NCBI GenBank assembly: GCA_965218425.1
Contig: OZ244621.1
Location: 1,536,001 to 1,600,000 of the forward strand
Direction of reading: 5' to 3'
From: an uncultured Candidatus Binatia bacterium
GTDB lineage: Bacteria; Desulfobacterota; Binatia; UBA9968; CAXXLF01
DNA: 64,000 nucleotides
Below, in pieces: positions 21,246-29,720 of the stretch. A program made the translations under genes and the position numbers. The notes beneath the pieces are model-generated. The model was given only the letters and a program-made list of their open reading frames with translations, made no database searches and was not told the origin of the DNA. Numbering within the stretch: the first letter of the stretch is position 1; every line of letters begins with the position of its first letter.

Positions 21246-21324
21246 CATTTCTCAATCAGCTTCCCTTGCTACTTTTCACACCCCAAAAACGTTTTTAAGA
21301 CCAACCGGCTCTGACAAGATGAGA

Positions 21325-21340
21325 GTTGACATCGGTCAAC
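21325..21340. promoter_or_regulatory. Palindrome overlapping a TTGACA element upstream of the solute-binding protein
   Basis: GTTGAC-atcg-GTCAAC. Confidence 0.35.
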
Positions 21341-21473
21341 ATTGTGTAATAGAGTCCTCTCCGATTCCGGAAAGACCCGGTCAGGCAAGGCGTGCGGTGA
21401 CTGGTGAGGACAAACTCCCGGGGACCGCGTACATGCGAATGGGTAAAAACAGGACGATCAGGAGGTTGGACCG

Positions 21474-22598
21474 ATGTTCAAAAGGTATGTTCTAGCCGGC
21501 GTGCTGACGGCGGGGCTGCTTATGGCGGCTTATGGGGCTCCCGAGCCCGTGGCGGCGCAGTCTACCGATTTCAAGGAAAAGTGGGCGGCTCTGAAGGCCG
21601 CGGCGCAGAAAGAAGGGCGGGTCGTGTTTCGCATTGGCTCATCCGAGGCGCGGGCCTTTCGCCAGCACCGACGAGAGTTTGAGAAAATCCTAGGCATCAA
21701 GCTGGAGATCATCACAGGTAGCTCTCGGCGACTGATTCCGAAGCTCGTCGCGGAACGCGGCGCGGGCAGGTATACCATGGACCTGTGGCTGAGCGGTCCA
21801 TCGTCGGTGTACTCGCTGCTCATACCCGCGGGTGGCGTGGCGAAGTTGCAGCCGAACTTCCTGTTTCACCCCGAGGTGGTGGGAGATCCAGGTGTCTGGT
21901 TTGGGGATGGATTCCCCTATGCCGACCCCGAGCAAGAGCGGCAGTGGGCTTACGGGGCGGACCCGGACCCTCAGATCTGGTACAACACCAAGCGGGTGAA
22001 TCCCGACGAATTCAATTCCTTTCAGGACCTGCTGAACCCCAAGTGGAAGGGGAAGATCGTAGCGAGGGACCCTCGGCTATCAGGTGTAACCGGTCCGGCG
22101 GGGTTCCTCGTCGAAGTGGTGGGTAAGGAATGGGTCCGCAAGCTATGGAGTACGCAGAAGATTGTCATTGCGCCTGATGCCCGCACAGGCGCGGAGTGGC
22201 TGGCGCAGGGGCGGTACCTCGTGGGAATCTACGGATTACAAAGGGCGGTGAACGCCGCGATGCGAGACGGCCTACCCGTGAAGCCGCTGGAGAAGCCCTT
22301 CCCGGAAGGTGTGCAGGTGGGTATGGGTGGCCGAGGCTTTCAGGCGTTGACAAAGGCTCCTCACCCTAACGCTGCAAGGTACTTCGGTAACTGGTTCCTG
22401 AGCCGGGAGGGCCAGATTTTGTACCAGAGGATCACCGGTGACAACTCCCTGCGGACGGACATCCCCAAGGACGACGTGTCCCTGGACGACCGGATCGACC
22501 CCAAGGGCAAGAACTGGTACGACTGGAAGAAGACGATCGAGCGTGACGCAGCACAAGAGTGGCACCGCAAGCTACTGAAAGAGATCGGCGGATATTAA
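21474..22598 (+). CDS. ABC transporter extracellular solute-binding protein (iron/polyamine/thiamine class)
   Basis: Signal peptide, AAAQKEGRV, YNTKRV, DLLNPKWKGKI, APHPNAARYFGNWFLSREGQ. Confidence 0.88.
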   Translation: MFKRYVLAGVLTAGLLMAAYGAPEPVAAQSTDFKEKWAALKAAAQKEGRVVFRIGSSEARAFRQHRREFEKILGIKLEIITGSSRRLIPKLVAERGAGRYTMDLWLSGPSSVYSLLIPAGGVAKLQPNFLFHPEVVGDPGVWFGDGFPYADPEQERQWAYGADPDPQIWYNTKRVNPDEFNSFQDLLNPKWKGKIVARDPRLSGVTGPAGFLVEVVGKEWVRKLWSTQKIVIAPDARTGAEWLAQGRYLVGIYGLQRAVNAAMRDGLPVKPLEKPFPEGVQVGMGGRGFQALTKAPHPNAARYFGNWFLSREGQILYQRITGDNSLRTDIPKDDVSLDDRIDPKGKNWYDWKKTIERDAAQEWHRKLLKEIGGY

Positions 22599-22713
22599 GG
22601 TAAGCAGCTGGAGCTGGGCTGCTCGTGCCTTGCATTGCTCCGCTCCAGCGCGCCTCCATTTCTTCAAGGCGGGTCCCAGTTAGTTCAAAAATAATTCTAG
22701 CACCGGAAATTAG

Positions 22714-24489
22714 CTAGGTGGATGTCCGCTCAAACCGCTGTAGCCCGAATCTCGAGCTCACCTTCCGAGCGACCAACGCCAGTGCAACGGATATGAGAAC
22801 AATGAACAAGCTGATGATCCCCGCCTCCTCCAGCTTTGCCCCTGAGTCGTCCGTCATGAACTCCAACGCCAGGATCGACAACGTCAACGTCTCGCGGGTC
22901 GCCAACAAGATGATGCTGGAGGTGGTGTTCGCCGCCAGGACGAAGTTGAAGATTCCAATCATGATCATCATCGGCAGAAGCAGCGGCAACCAGATCTTCA
23001 AATAGGTGCGGAGCCATCCTGCGCCGCTGACCCGCGCTGACTCCTCCAAGTCGGCGCCCAACTGTAAGATTACCCCCTTGCTCATCTGTGTGCTGAGCAG
23101 TTTCCCCTGCAAGACGACCACCAGCATAAGCGCGTAGATCGTGCCGTAAATCATCGTCAGTACGGGGGTCTTCAGGAACAGGGCCACCAGGGCCAGGCCC
23201 GCAACCATCCCCGGAATCGCACTGGATGTCCAGAAGACAGAATCAAGGACCCCCTTTCCAGGCCAATTCGTCCGCACCAGGACGAAGGCCACCAGCGAAA
23301 AGATGATGGGCGATAGTATCGCCGTGGTACTCGCCAGGACCAGAGTCGTCTTCAATGCCCGCTGGAATCCCGGGTCTCCCAGGATTAACCCCCAGTGTCT
23401 TGTGGTGAACAGAGGCGTTGCGTCAAAGAAGCCCACGCGGGTCATGAAGCTGCCGCCCAACAGCGTCAGGACGGGTATGACCGTCAGCATTGCCAGCAAG
23501 GTCACGATGGCCGCAAAAACGAAGGGTCTGGCCTTCCCTAGATCAATGAAGCCGGGCTTGTACTGTCCCGTCACTGTGGTGTACCGCCGGCGGGTGGTGA
23601 GCCACCGCTGCACCGGAATGACGATTAATAACACCGCCATGGTCAAAATGCCCAGCGCGGATGCAGGTCCGTACGCCGGGGGCTCGAAGAACCTGATAAA
23701 GTCGAAAATCCGCGTCGAGTAGATAAAGAACCCGACGGGCCTCCCCAGAATCTGCTCGATCTCGAAGGACTGGAACATGCGCACCATCATCAGCATGAAG
23801 ACCAGCACCATCGGTGGCGTCATCAGGGGCAACGTGATCCGAAACGCCGTTCCCATCTTCGAAGCCCCCGACGTTCTCCCGGCCTCTTCCAGGGAGACGT
23901 CCATGTTCCGAAAGGCAGGCGTCAGCAGCATGACGCTCTGCGATATGGCGTTGGCCATCAGATGGGCGAAGATGATGCCCGGGAGACTGAAGATATTGAA
24001 GACGGGCTTGTCGATGAAAGGCACCCACCGCATCAAGGCGATGTTCAGCATACCCACGTTATCGGCCAGGAGGAACGTCCAGCCGATGGTAACCGATAGG
24101 GTGGGCATCATGAAGGATATCCAGAACCCGAACTCCAGGTTCCTGCTGAAGGGGATATTTGTTCGAGCGAGGGTCCACGCGATGAGCACTGCCGTGGGGT
24201 ACCCTATGGCCATGTAGAGCGCGAACACCAGGATACTGTTGCCCAAGGCCCCGAAGATGCGGGCATCAGAAAAAGCGAGTTGCCAGTTCGCCAGGGTCCA
24301 CACGGTAGGCTGGCCGATGGCAGCACCATTGAAGCTCTGAAGGACGATCAGCGCGAGCGGGTAGAAAACCCAGGCGCCGAAGATAAAAATCAGGATAGCC
24401 ATCACAAGGAGGCCCCTGTGATCGCCCATGCGTGAAAACAGAGAGCGATTCCGGACGGAAATCAAGGGTGGCGCCAGCGGGACTGCCAT
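22714..24489 (-). CDS. FbpB-like ABC transporter permease
   Basis: Two EAA loops (SLEEAGRTSGA, DLEESARVSGA). Confidence 0.9.
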   Translation of the reverse strand: MAVPLAPPLISVRNRSLFSRMGDHRGLLVMAILIFIFGAWVFYPLALIVLQSFNGAAIGQPTVWTLANWQLAFSDARIFGALGNSILVFALYMAIGYPTAVLIAWTLARTNIPFSRNLEFGFWISFMMPTLSVTIGWTFLLADNVGMLNIALMRWVPFIDKPVFNIFSLPGIIFAHLMANAISQSVMLLTPAFRNMDVSLEEAGRTSGASKMGTAFRITLPLMTPPMVLVFMLMMVRMFQSFEIEQILGRPVGFFIYSTRIFDFIRFFEPPAYGPASALGILTMAVLLIVIPVQRWLTTRRRYTTVTGQYKPGFIDLGKARPFVFAAIVTLLAMLTVIPVLTLLGGSFMTRVGFFDATPLFTTRHWGLILGDPGFQRALKTTLVLASTTAILSPIIFSLVAFVLVRTNWPGKGVLDSVFWTSSAIPGMVAGLALVALFLKTPVLTMIYGTIYALMLVVVLQGKLLSTQMSKGVILQLGADLEESARVSGAGWLRTYLKIWLPLLLPMMIMIGIFNFVLAANTTSSIILLATRETLTLSILALEFMTDDSGAKLEEAGIISLFIVLISVALALVARKVSSRFGLQRFERTST

Positions 24490-24560
24490 GGTTACAAAAA
24501 GGGGACGTTGCGTCTTTTATGGCTTTTCATTTCACCGGGGTTGTCACTCGGATCGCGCCT

Positions 24561-24575
24561 CATCGGGGTCAAGTC
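24561..24575 (+). repeat. Left arm of REP-like target hairpin
   Basis: CATCGGGGTCAAGTC; 14/15 inverted match to 44237-44251. Confidence 0.75.
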
Positions 24576-24968
24576 GCTCCGAGCTGTTGCCCAAACATCG
24601 GTTAAATAGCGCAATAGATCCAACCGAACTATAACCCGCCGTGTTTGTTTCTTCAAACCCCCGCCGCTTGCTGCAAGGCCATGGGATGGCGGCGGATCAT
24701 CCGGGGCCGTCCTTAAGCCATCTCACCAGCGCCATGATGGACAATCAGACCTTCAAAGCCCTGGGGGGGGAGAGAAAGGGGGAGCATGCGAATTTGGAGG
24801 AACAACCCCATACAAAGGAGATTGCCCATGCACTGCCGCGCTCAAGCATGGGCGCGACACGCATCCGTCTGCCTGTCTCAATAATCTTCTTCGCCCCGAT
24901 ACGGAAAGTTTACCCACGGCGTGAGAGTCTCGGTTCAGATCGGAATTGATCGCATCCGCAGGGAAAGG

Positions 24969-25245
24969 CCGGGGTCAGGTAACATGAAAGAGGGGTCAAG
25001 CTCCAGCAGGATGGCGGTTGTAGCGGCCGTCAAACCTGAAAGGAGAAGACCCCATGCTTTACGTCGGGTTAGACTATCACAAACGATACGCTCAGCTAAA
25101 TGCAATCGACGAGAAAGGATCGCATCCATGCTTTGGTGGACCGCGTCCAGATGTTCAGGATATTCCACAAGAGAATCGGCGCGATACAAGCTGGAATCCG
25201 AAGGGGAAGGGAACCCGGAATAGCAATAAGGCAAGCATGAACCCG
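24969..25245 (+). mobile_element. Miniature element A, copy 1 (IS110 5' end joined to a RAYT-like 3' end)
   Basis: Starts CCGGGGTCAGG; encodes MLYVGLDYHKRYAQLNAIDEKG (IS110 DEDD N-terminus); similar copies at 32750 and 43741. Confidence 0.75.
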
Positions 25246-25468
25246 ACCCAGCCTGGGCACGGTCTTGCTCCTCGGATTCTCGTTTCGCCTGCAGAACCCG
25301 AATGGCCTCTTCGATGACCTCGGGATGTTCGAGCAGGTATTCCCTGACGATCCTCCGGACCGCATCCCTGTCGGGCATCGGGGCGGCTGCCGACCCGGTG
25401 CGGCCATTCGGGACGAATGACGTGCCGGCAATGACTGCCAGCAGTGGCAGCAATATTCGGTTTCTCAC
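25246..25468 (-). pseudogene. DsbA/ScsC-like protein, N-terminal fragment
   Basis: VRRIVREYLLEHPEVIEEAIRVLQ; truncated at element A before the CxxC domain. Confidence 0.7.
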
Positions 25469-25526
25469 GAGTGGTATCCCTTGCGGTATTGCAATTTCAG
25501 AAGTCGTTTGTTCGCGAACAGCCCGG

Positions 25527-25961
25527 TCATTGCGCGTGGGTCGGGTTTCTCCCGGCCTGGATCTTCCGGATCCTGTCCGGCCAGGTGGAGCGGATATACG
25601 CCAGAATGTCCCATATCTTGTCGTCGGACAGAACATCGCCGAACCCAGGCATGCCGCTCTTGAACCCGGTCATGCCCCGCGCCTCCATCAGGCCCTTGCC
25701 GCCGAGTTTCGTGTAGTCGAAGAGCAGCCGGTTGTCGTGGTGCCAGGTATGGCCAGTCCGGTCATGCGGCGGCGCGCGCAAGACCCTGTCCGGCCCGATG
25801 CTCCGCCAGTCGGGCTGACCTTCGAGTTTGGCCCCGTGACAGGAAGCGCATTCCCTTGCGTAGAGCATCCGTCCGTTGCGGAGATCCCGGTTTTCAAGCT
25901 CATGGTCTGCGAATGCCACGGCGGGAAGCAGCAACAAGACGGATGCCAGGACGTGCTTCAC
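25527..25961 (-). CDS. Cytochrome c (copper-resistance-cluster type)
   Basis: Signal peptide, CASCH, APPHDRTGHTWHH, GMPGF; GTG start overlaps the upstream stop. Confidence 0.85.
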   Translation of the reverse strand: MKHVLASVLLLLPAVAFADHELENRDLRNGRMLYARECASCHGAKLEGQPDWRSIGPDRVLRAPPHDRTGHTWHHDNRLLFDYTKLGGKGLMEARGMTGFKSGMPGFGDVLSDDKIWDILAYIRSTWPDRIRKIQAGRNPTHAQ

Positions 25962-26100
25962 ACAACCTCGACCCATGTTTTCATGCCCGGCGCCTGGCGC
26001 CCGAGCGTACGGCAGTGCGGAAGCCATTTGCCGGGATTGCCGAACAAGCAGAGGATATCCCGGCTCTGCTGCGGCATGACCATCGTCGTGTCCCGGATGG
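25958..26100 (-). pseudogene. Multicopper oxidase C-terminal remnant
   Basis: RDTTMV...FGNPGKWLPHCRTLGRQAPGMKTWVEVV*, a degenerate NPGxWxxHCHxxxHxxxGM motif. Confidence 0.7.
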
Positions 26101-26464
26101 ATTAATCATCCTCAGGTCTCGTCTACTTACAGAGCCACGTATTCGGTGAGAATATGGCATCATCCCGGTCGACCCCTCGGATGATCCAGGAGACGGAGGC
26201 GGCATTTCAGGCATAGGTGAGCCTGAATGAACAGGCCACTGACCCCAGGAGCCGCACCTCCGTCAGGACTCTTGTACTATATGCCCTCTTGTCCTGTCAC
26301 CTGCAAAATCCTATGGTAGACTCTGGTTTCGTTCGCCTACACCGATATTCAAGCCGTGGTGCCGGAGTGATGAGCCGTGGGTTGCGGCAATTAGAAGACC
26401 GTCTTCAAAAGGACAGAAATTTATACAAGAGAATTGGCGCGATACAAGCCGGAATCCGAAAGGG

Positions 26465-26695
26465 AAGGAAACCTGAAATAGCAATAAGGCAAGTAAGACG
26501 CCGGTTTCAAAAGACGACATGGCCGAGCCGCTCCACGTCATGCGACGGCGTGTTGACGCATATTGCGGCAGCCGCCACCCCGTGGTGTCGGGACAGTGCA
26601 ACCTGGGAGGCGACAGTGGCGGGAGACCTTTAGTGCTCTCTCAATAACTTTTGAGAAGGCGAGATGAATCATGTCAAATGTCAAGGTCTGACCCC
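26465..26695 (+). repeat. Direct repeat B, copy 1 (miniature RAYT-like element ending in TGACCCC)
   Basis: Near-identical to 27397-27627; ends ATGTCAAATGTCAAGGTCTGACCCC. Confidence 0.9.
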
Positions 26696-26762
26696 TACAC
26701 GCGTCGGCATCAGGGAGTCCCAGGTCCGCTGGCACGTTGCCGCTGGAGCGTTCGATCTGCAT
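26696..26762 (-). pseudogene. XRE/HigA-like antitoxin N-terminal fragment
   Basis: MQIERSSGNVPADLGLPDADA (SSGNVFADLGL motif); cut at the repeat-B end. Confidence 0.7.
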
Positions 26763-26766
26763 CGAT

Positions 26767-27063
26767 TCACACCGTCGGCTGCGGCTGGTATCTCTCGACT
26801 TTGATCCGGTGTTCTTCCTTCCGCGCTTGCACGAGATCGTAGGTGGTCTGTCGGCGCAGCCAGAACTCGGCATTGGACCAGCCCGCCTTCTCCAGCCGAA
26901 TGGCCATCTCTGGAGAAATGGCCGCGTGGCCGTTGAGGACCCGCGAGAGGGTGTGACGGGCAACGCCCAGGACCCGCGCCGCTTCGGTCACGTTCAAACC
27001 GAGCGGGTCCAGGCAGTTCTCGCGGATGCTGCATCCGGGATGCGGGGGATTGTTCATCGCCAT
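26767..27063 (-). CDS. higA: HigA family antitoxin
   Basis: [48 protein letters not shown]. Confidence 0.92.
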   Translation of the reverse strand: MAMNNPPHPGCSIRENCLDPLGLNVTEAARVLGVARHTLSRVLNGHAAISPEMAIRLEKAGWSNAEFWLRRQTTYDLVQARKEEHRIKVERYQPQPTV

Positions 27064-27077
27064 GTTGCTGCCTCCTG

Positions 27078-27356
27078 CTAGTGGTAGTCGATCAGGTCGA
27101 CGTCGTAGGCATCGCCATCTTCGAAGCGGAAGATCACCCGCCAGTTTCCGGAAATCGATATGCTCCAGTACCCCTTCAGGTCGCCCTTCAGCGGGTGAAG
27201 CCGGTAGCCGGGCAAGTCGAGGTCCGAGGGCTTGCAGGCATCGTCGAGGTCCGCCAAGGCGAGCGCGGCGCGGCCCGCCAAGTCCGGACCCACTCGGCTC
27301 GGATCGCCGCGCTCGTACATGCGCTTCAGGCCGCGATGACGAAACCTTCGAATCAT
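27078..27356 (-). CDS. higB: HigB (RelE/ParE superfamily) toxin
   Basis: [45 protein letters not shown]. Confidence 0.92.
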   Translation of the reverse strand: MIRRFRHRGLKRMYERGDPSRVGPDLAGRAALALADLDDACKPSDLDLPGYRLHPLKGDLKGYWSISISGNWRVIFRFEDGDAYDVDLIDYH

Positions 27357-27361
27357 GAGGC

Positions 27362-27390
27362 AGTGTATCGCATACCGGTACGCATGTCAA
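27362..27390 (-). promoter_or_regulatory. Sigma70 promoter of higBA with an operator palindrome in the spacer
   Basis: Minus strand TTGACA-17 bp-TACACT; spacer contains GCGTACCGGTATGC. Confidence 0.7.
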
Positions 27391-27396
27391 TTGGAC

Positions 27397-27627
27397 AAGG
27401 GAACCCAAATAGCAAGAAGGCGTGCCTGACGCCGGTTTCAAAAGACGACATGGCCGAGCCGCTCCACGTCATGCGACGGCGTGTTGACGCATATTGCGGC
27501 AGCCGCCGCCCCGTGGTGTCGGGACAGTGCAACCTGGGAGGCGATATTGGCGGGAGACCTTTAGTGCTCTCTCAATAACTTTTGAGAAGGCGAGATGAAT
27601 CATGTCAAATGTCAACGGTCTGACCCC
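27397..27627 (+). repeat. Direct repeat B, copy 2
   Basis: Near-identical to 26465-26695. Confidence 0.9.
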
Positions 27628-27630
27628 ATA

Positions 27631-27665
27631 AACGCATTAAAAATATCGATTTGGGCAACAGACCG
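27631..27665. mobile_element. Isolated IS1182 terminal segment
   Basis: AACGCATTAAAAATATCGATTTGGGCAACAGACCG, identical to 30715-30749. Confidence 0.8.
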
Positions 27666-27805
27666 AATAGATCACAGCCTAACCCATCCTCTTCGCACTA
27701 CTCTGCGGTAATCGGCGTAAATCTGCGGTTAGTATACCTTCTCTGAACCTGGCGCCCTTTGCGACTTTGCGCGAGGTAATCCGATTTTTGTCCGCAATAG
27801 AGACA

Positions 27806-27839
27806 TTTTTGTTTGTCGTCGTCTCCCGACAAACAAAAA
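27806..27839. terminator. Probable bidirectional intrinsic terminator
   Basis: TTTTTGTTTGTCG-tcgtctcc-CGACAAACAAAAA, downstream of the nitrile hydratase-like genes. Confidence 0.6.
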
Positions 27840-27973
27840 ATGAGTTCTCTGCGCTCTCTGCGCCTCTGCGGTGAATGGCCGAGTCCTAATCTTCAACTTT
27901 TATCCGGGGCGCTTTGCTGTTTGCTGGTCTGCGTGGGTCTACGGTTAAGTATCTTTTGACTTTGAAGTTTGGC

Positions 27974-28303
27974 TTACACCGGCTCCAGCCACTCCTCGGT
28001 CAGGTCCACTAGGATCTTGTCCTTCGACGCCTTACCGCTGATCTCGCTCACGTCGAACGCCACCGTGTACAGGTAGGGGTAGACCCCTCGGTGATCGTGC
28101 GGAGCGTACGTCGCCCCGTGGAGCTCCGCTATCACGCCTGTCTTGCCAAATAAATAAGTGGGCGTGCGCGGGTTGGCCCCCGTGCGGCTCATCCGCACTC
28201 TCACTTGCTCGCCCTTCTTGAACCGGTGTTCCATACCCTCTTTCCTCGCGCCCGGCCCCGACCAGGTAGTGTTCTTGGGCTCGCTATTCATTCGCTTACT
28301 CAC
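27974..28303 (-). CDS. Nitrile hydratase beta C-terminal SH3-like domain protein (thiocyanate hydrolase alpha-like)
   Basis: RFKKGEQVRV, RTPTYLFGKTGVI, YLYTVAF, DKILVDLTEEWLEP. Confidence 0.8.
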   Translation of the reverse strand: MSKRMNSEPKNTTWSGPGARKEGMEHRFKKGEQVRVRMSRTGANPRTPTYLFGKTGVIAELHGATYAPHDHRGVYPYLYTVAFDVSEISGKASKDKILVDLTEEWLEPV

Positions 28304-29358
28304 GTCTTATGATCGGCTTTACTCACCCCGACCAGACTCTCAATGGTTACCAGCTCCGCCAGTTTCTCCTCACTCCACCCCTCTGTCCAGGCCGGACGCT
28401 GCGGCAGGACTATCCAACGCAGGTCCGCCGTGCTGTCGTGCACCTGGATCGTCACCTCCTCCGGAACATTTAGACCGAACGTCTCCCTCAGCATCCCTCT
28501 CGGGTCCATCACGATCTGCTGCTTGTAGCTGTCGTGCCGGTACCACCAAGGCGGGTCACCGAACAGGTTGCGCGGGTAGCAGGAGCAGAGCGTGCACACC
28601 ACAACGTTGTGCACCGAGTCGGTGTTCTCCGCTACCCCCAGCTTGGCCAGCAGGCCCGGCGGGATGTCCAGCTCCCGCACCGCCTCCCGACCGTTGGCTT
28701 TCAGCCTCTCTTTGAAATCCGGATCAACCCACGCCCGCGCCACGATCCTCGCGCCGTTCTTGGCCCCAAGGTTCTCCTGCTGGGCGCGCCGCTTCGCTAA
28801 CGTCTCCTCGGTGAGCAGCCCGTTCTCCATCAGAGAGCGGGTGAACGTCTCCAGCACCTGCATGTTCTGCTTGAGCTCTCGGTCGAGCTGCGCAAGCCGC
28901 TCCTCCAACGAGCCCCCGTGCGCGCGCTTGGTGAACTTGAAGAAGGGGTCGTAGGCCCCGCTCTCCGTGCGCGAGTCGTCGATCACGAAGTCCACCTTGC
29001 CTGAGTCCGTGGCTGAGAGCGCAATGGACGACACGTAGTCGTCCAGCCGATCCTCTAGACTTCGGATGCGCTCCTCCAGCTCCTCGTGCTTGTGGTCGTG
29101 TTCATGGTTGTGCTCCTCTTCGCCCGTTTTCCCGTCAGATCGGATCAAGATGGGCTTGCCGGCTCCATTTGTCCCCATCCTCGCGGCCGTCGCGAACAGC
29201 GCGTGCAGCGGTAAGATGTTGCGCCGCACGAAGTGCAGCATCCGCGGCTCGCAGCGTTTGGCCCTCCAGTACTCCAAATCCGCCTCGATCGCCGTCACGT
29301 GGGCCTCGAAATCTTTCATGTTCGGGTCGGAACTCACCTGTTCAATTACGTCTAGCAT
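28300..29358 (-). CDS. Cobalt-type nitrile hydratase alpha / thiocyanate hydrolase gamma subunit with a long His-rich N-terminal extension
   Basis: GARIVARAWVDP, HNVVVCTLCSCYP, VHDSTADLRWIVLPQRP. Confidence 0.88.
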   Translation of the reverse strand: MLDVIEQVSSDPNMKDFEAHVTAIEADLEYWRAKRCEPRMLHFVRRNILPLHALFATAARMGTNGAGKPILIRSDGKTGEEEHNHEHDHKHEELEERIRSLEDRLDDYVSSIALSATDSGKVDFVIDDSRTESGAYDPFFKFTKRAHGGSLEERLAQLDRELKQNMQVLETFTRSLMENGLLTEETLAKRRAQQENLGAKNGARIVARAWVDPDFKERLKANGREAVRELDIPPGLLAKLGVAENTDSVHNVVVCTLCSCYPRNLFGDPPWWYRHDSYKQQIVMDPRGMLRETFGLNVPEEVTIQVHDSTADLRWIVLPQRPAWTEGWSEEKLAELVTIESLVGVSKADHKT

Positions 29359-29720
29359 GATTTACCCTCTCAGCGTCTGCAGTGAGACGCGCGGCCAACC
29401 TCGCGGACACCTGCATCCCCGCCCCCCTACAATCGCCTGCCAACATGGCTTTTAAGAACCGGAAGGGGCCTGCCGGAAAGAGCGACTAGCCTAAGACCTC
29501 TGTTTATGGGGGGTAAATTATCCGATAATGGGATGTGATGTCAACCGGATGTAGCAGTAGAAGCAGTTGGGGGCTGAACATGGCGGTCAGAACTTGGGAG
29601 TCAGGCTGACCCAACTTTCGTTTTGATGAGTATCAATCAACAAACGTAAACTTGACTCTCTCACTAAAATAGCAAGAAGCAAGCATGAATTTTTTACGCT
29701 AACGCAGAAATTCAAGATTC

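Noticed and set aside
24935..25636. 233 aa minus-strand ORF as an intact gene
   Set aside because: Chimera of a cytochrome c off-frame segment, the dsbA stub and the antisense of element A
26767..27441. 224 aa extended HigA ORF
   Set aside because: The extension overlaps higB and its promoter; the real start is 27063 with a GGAGG RBS
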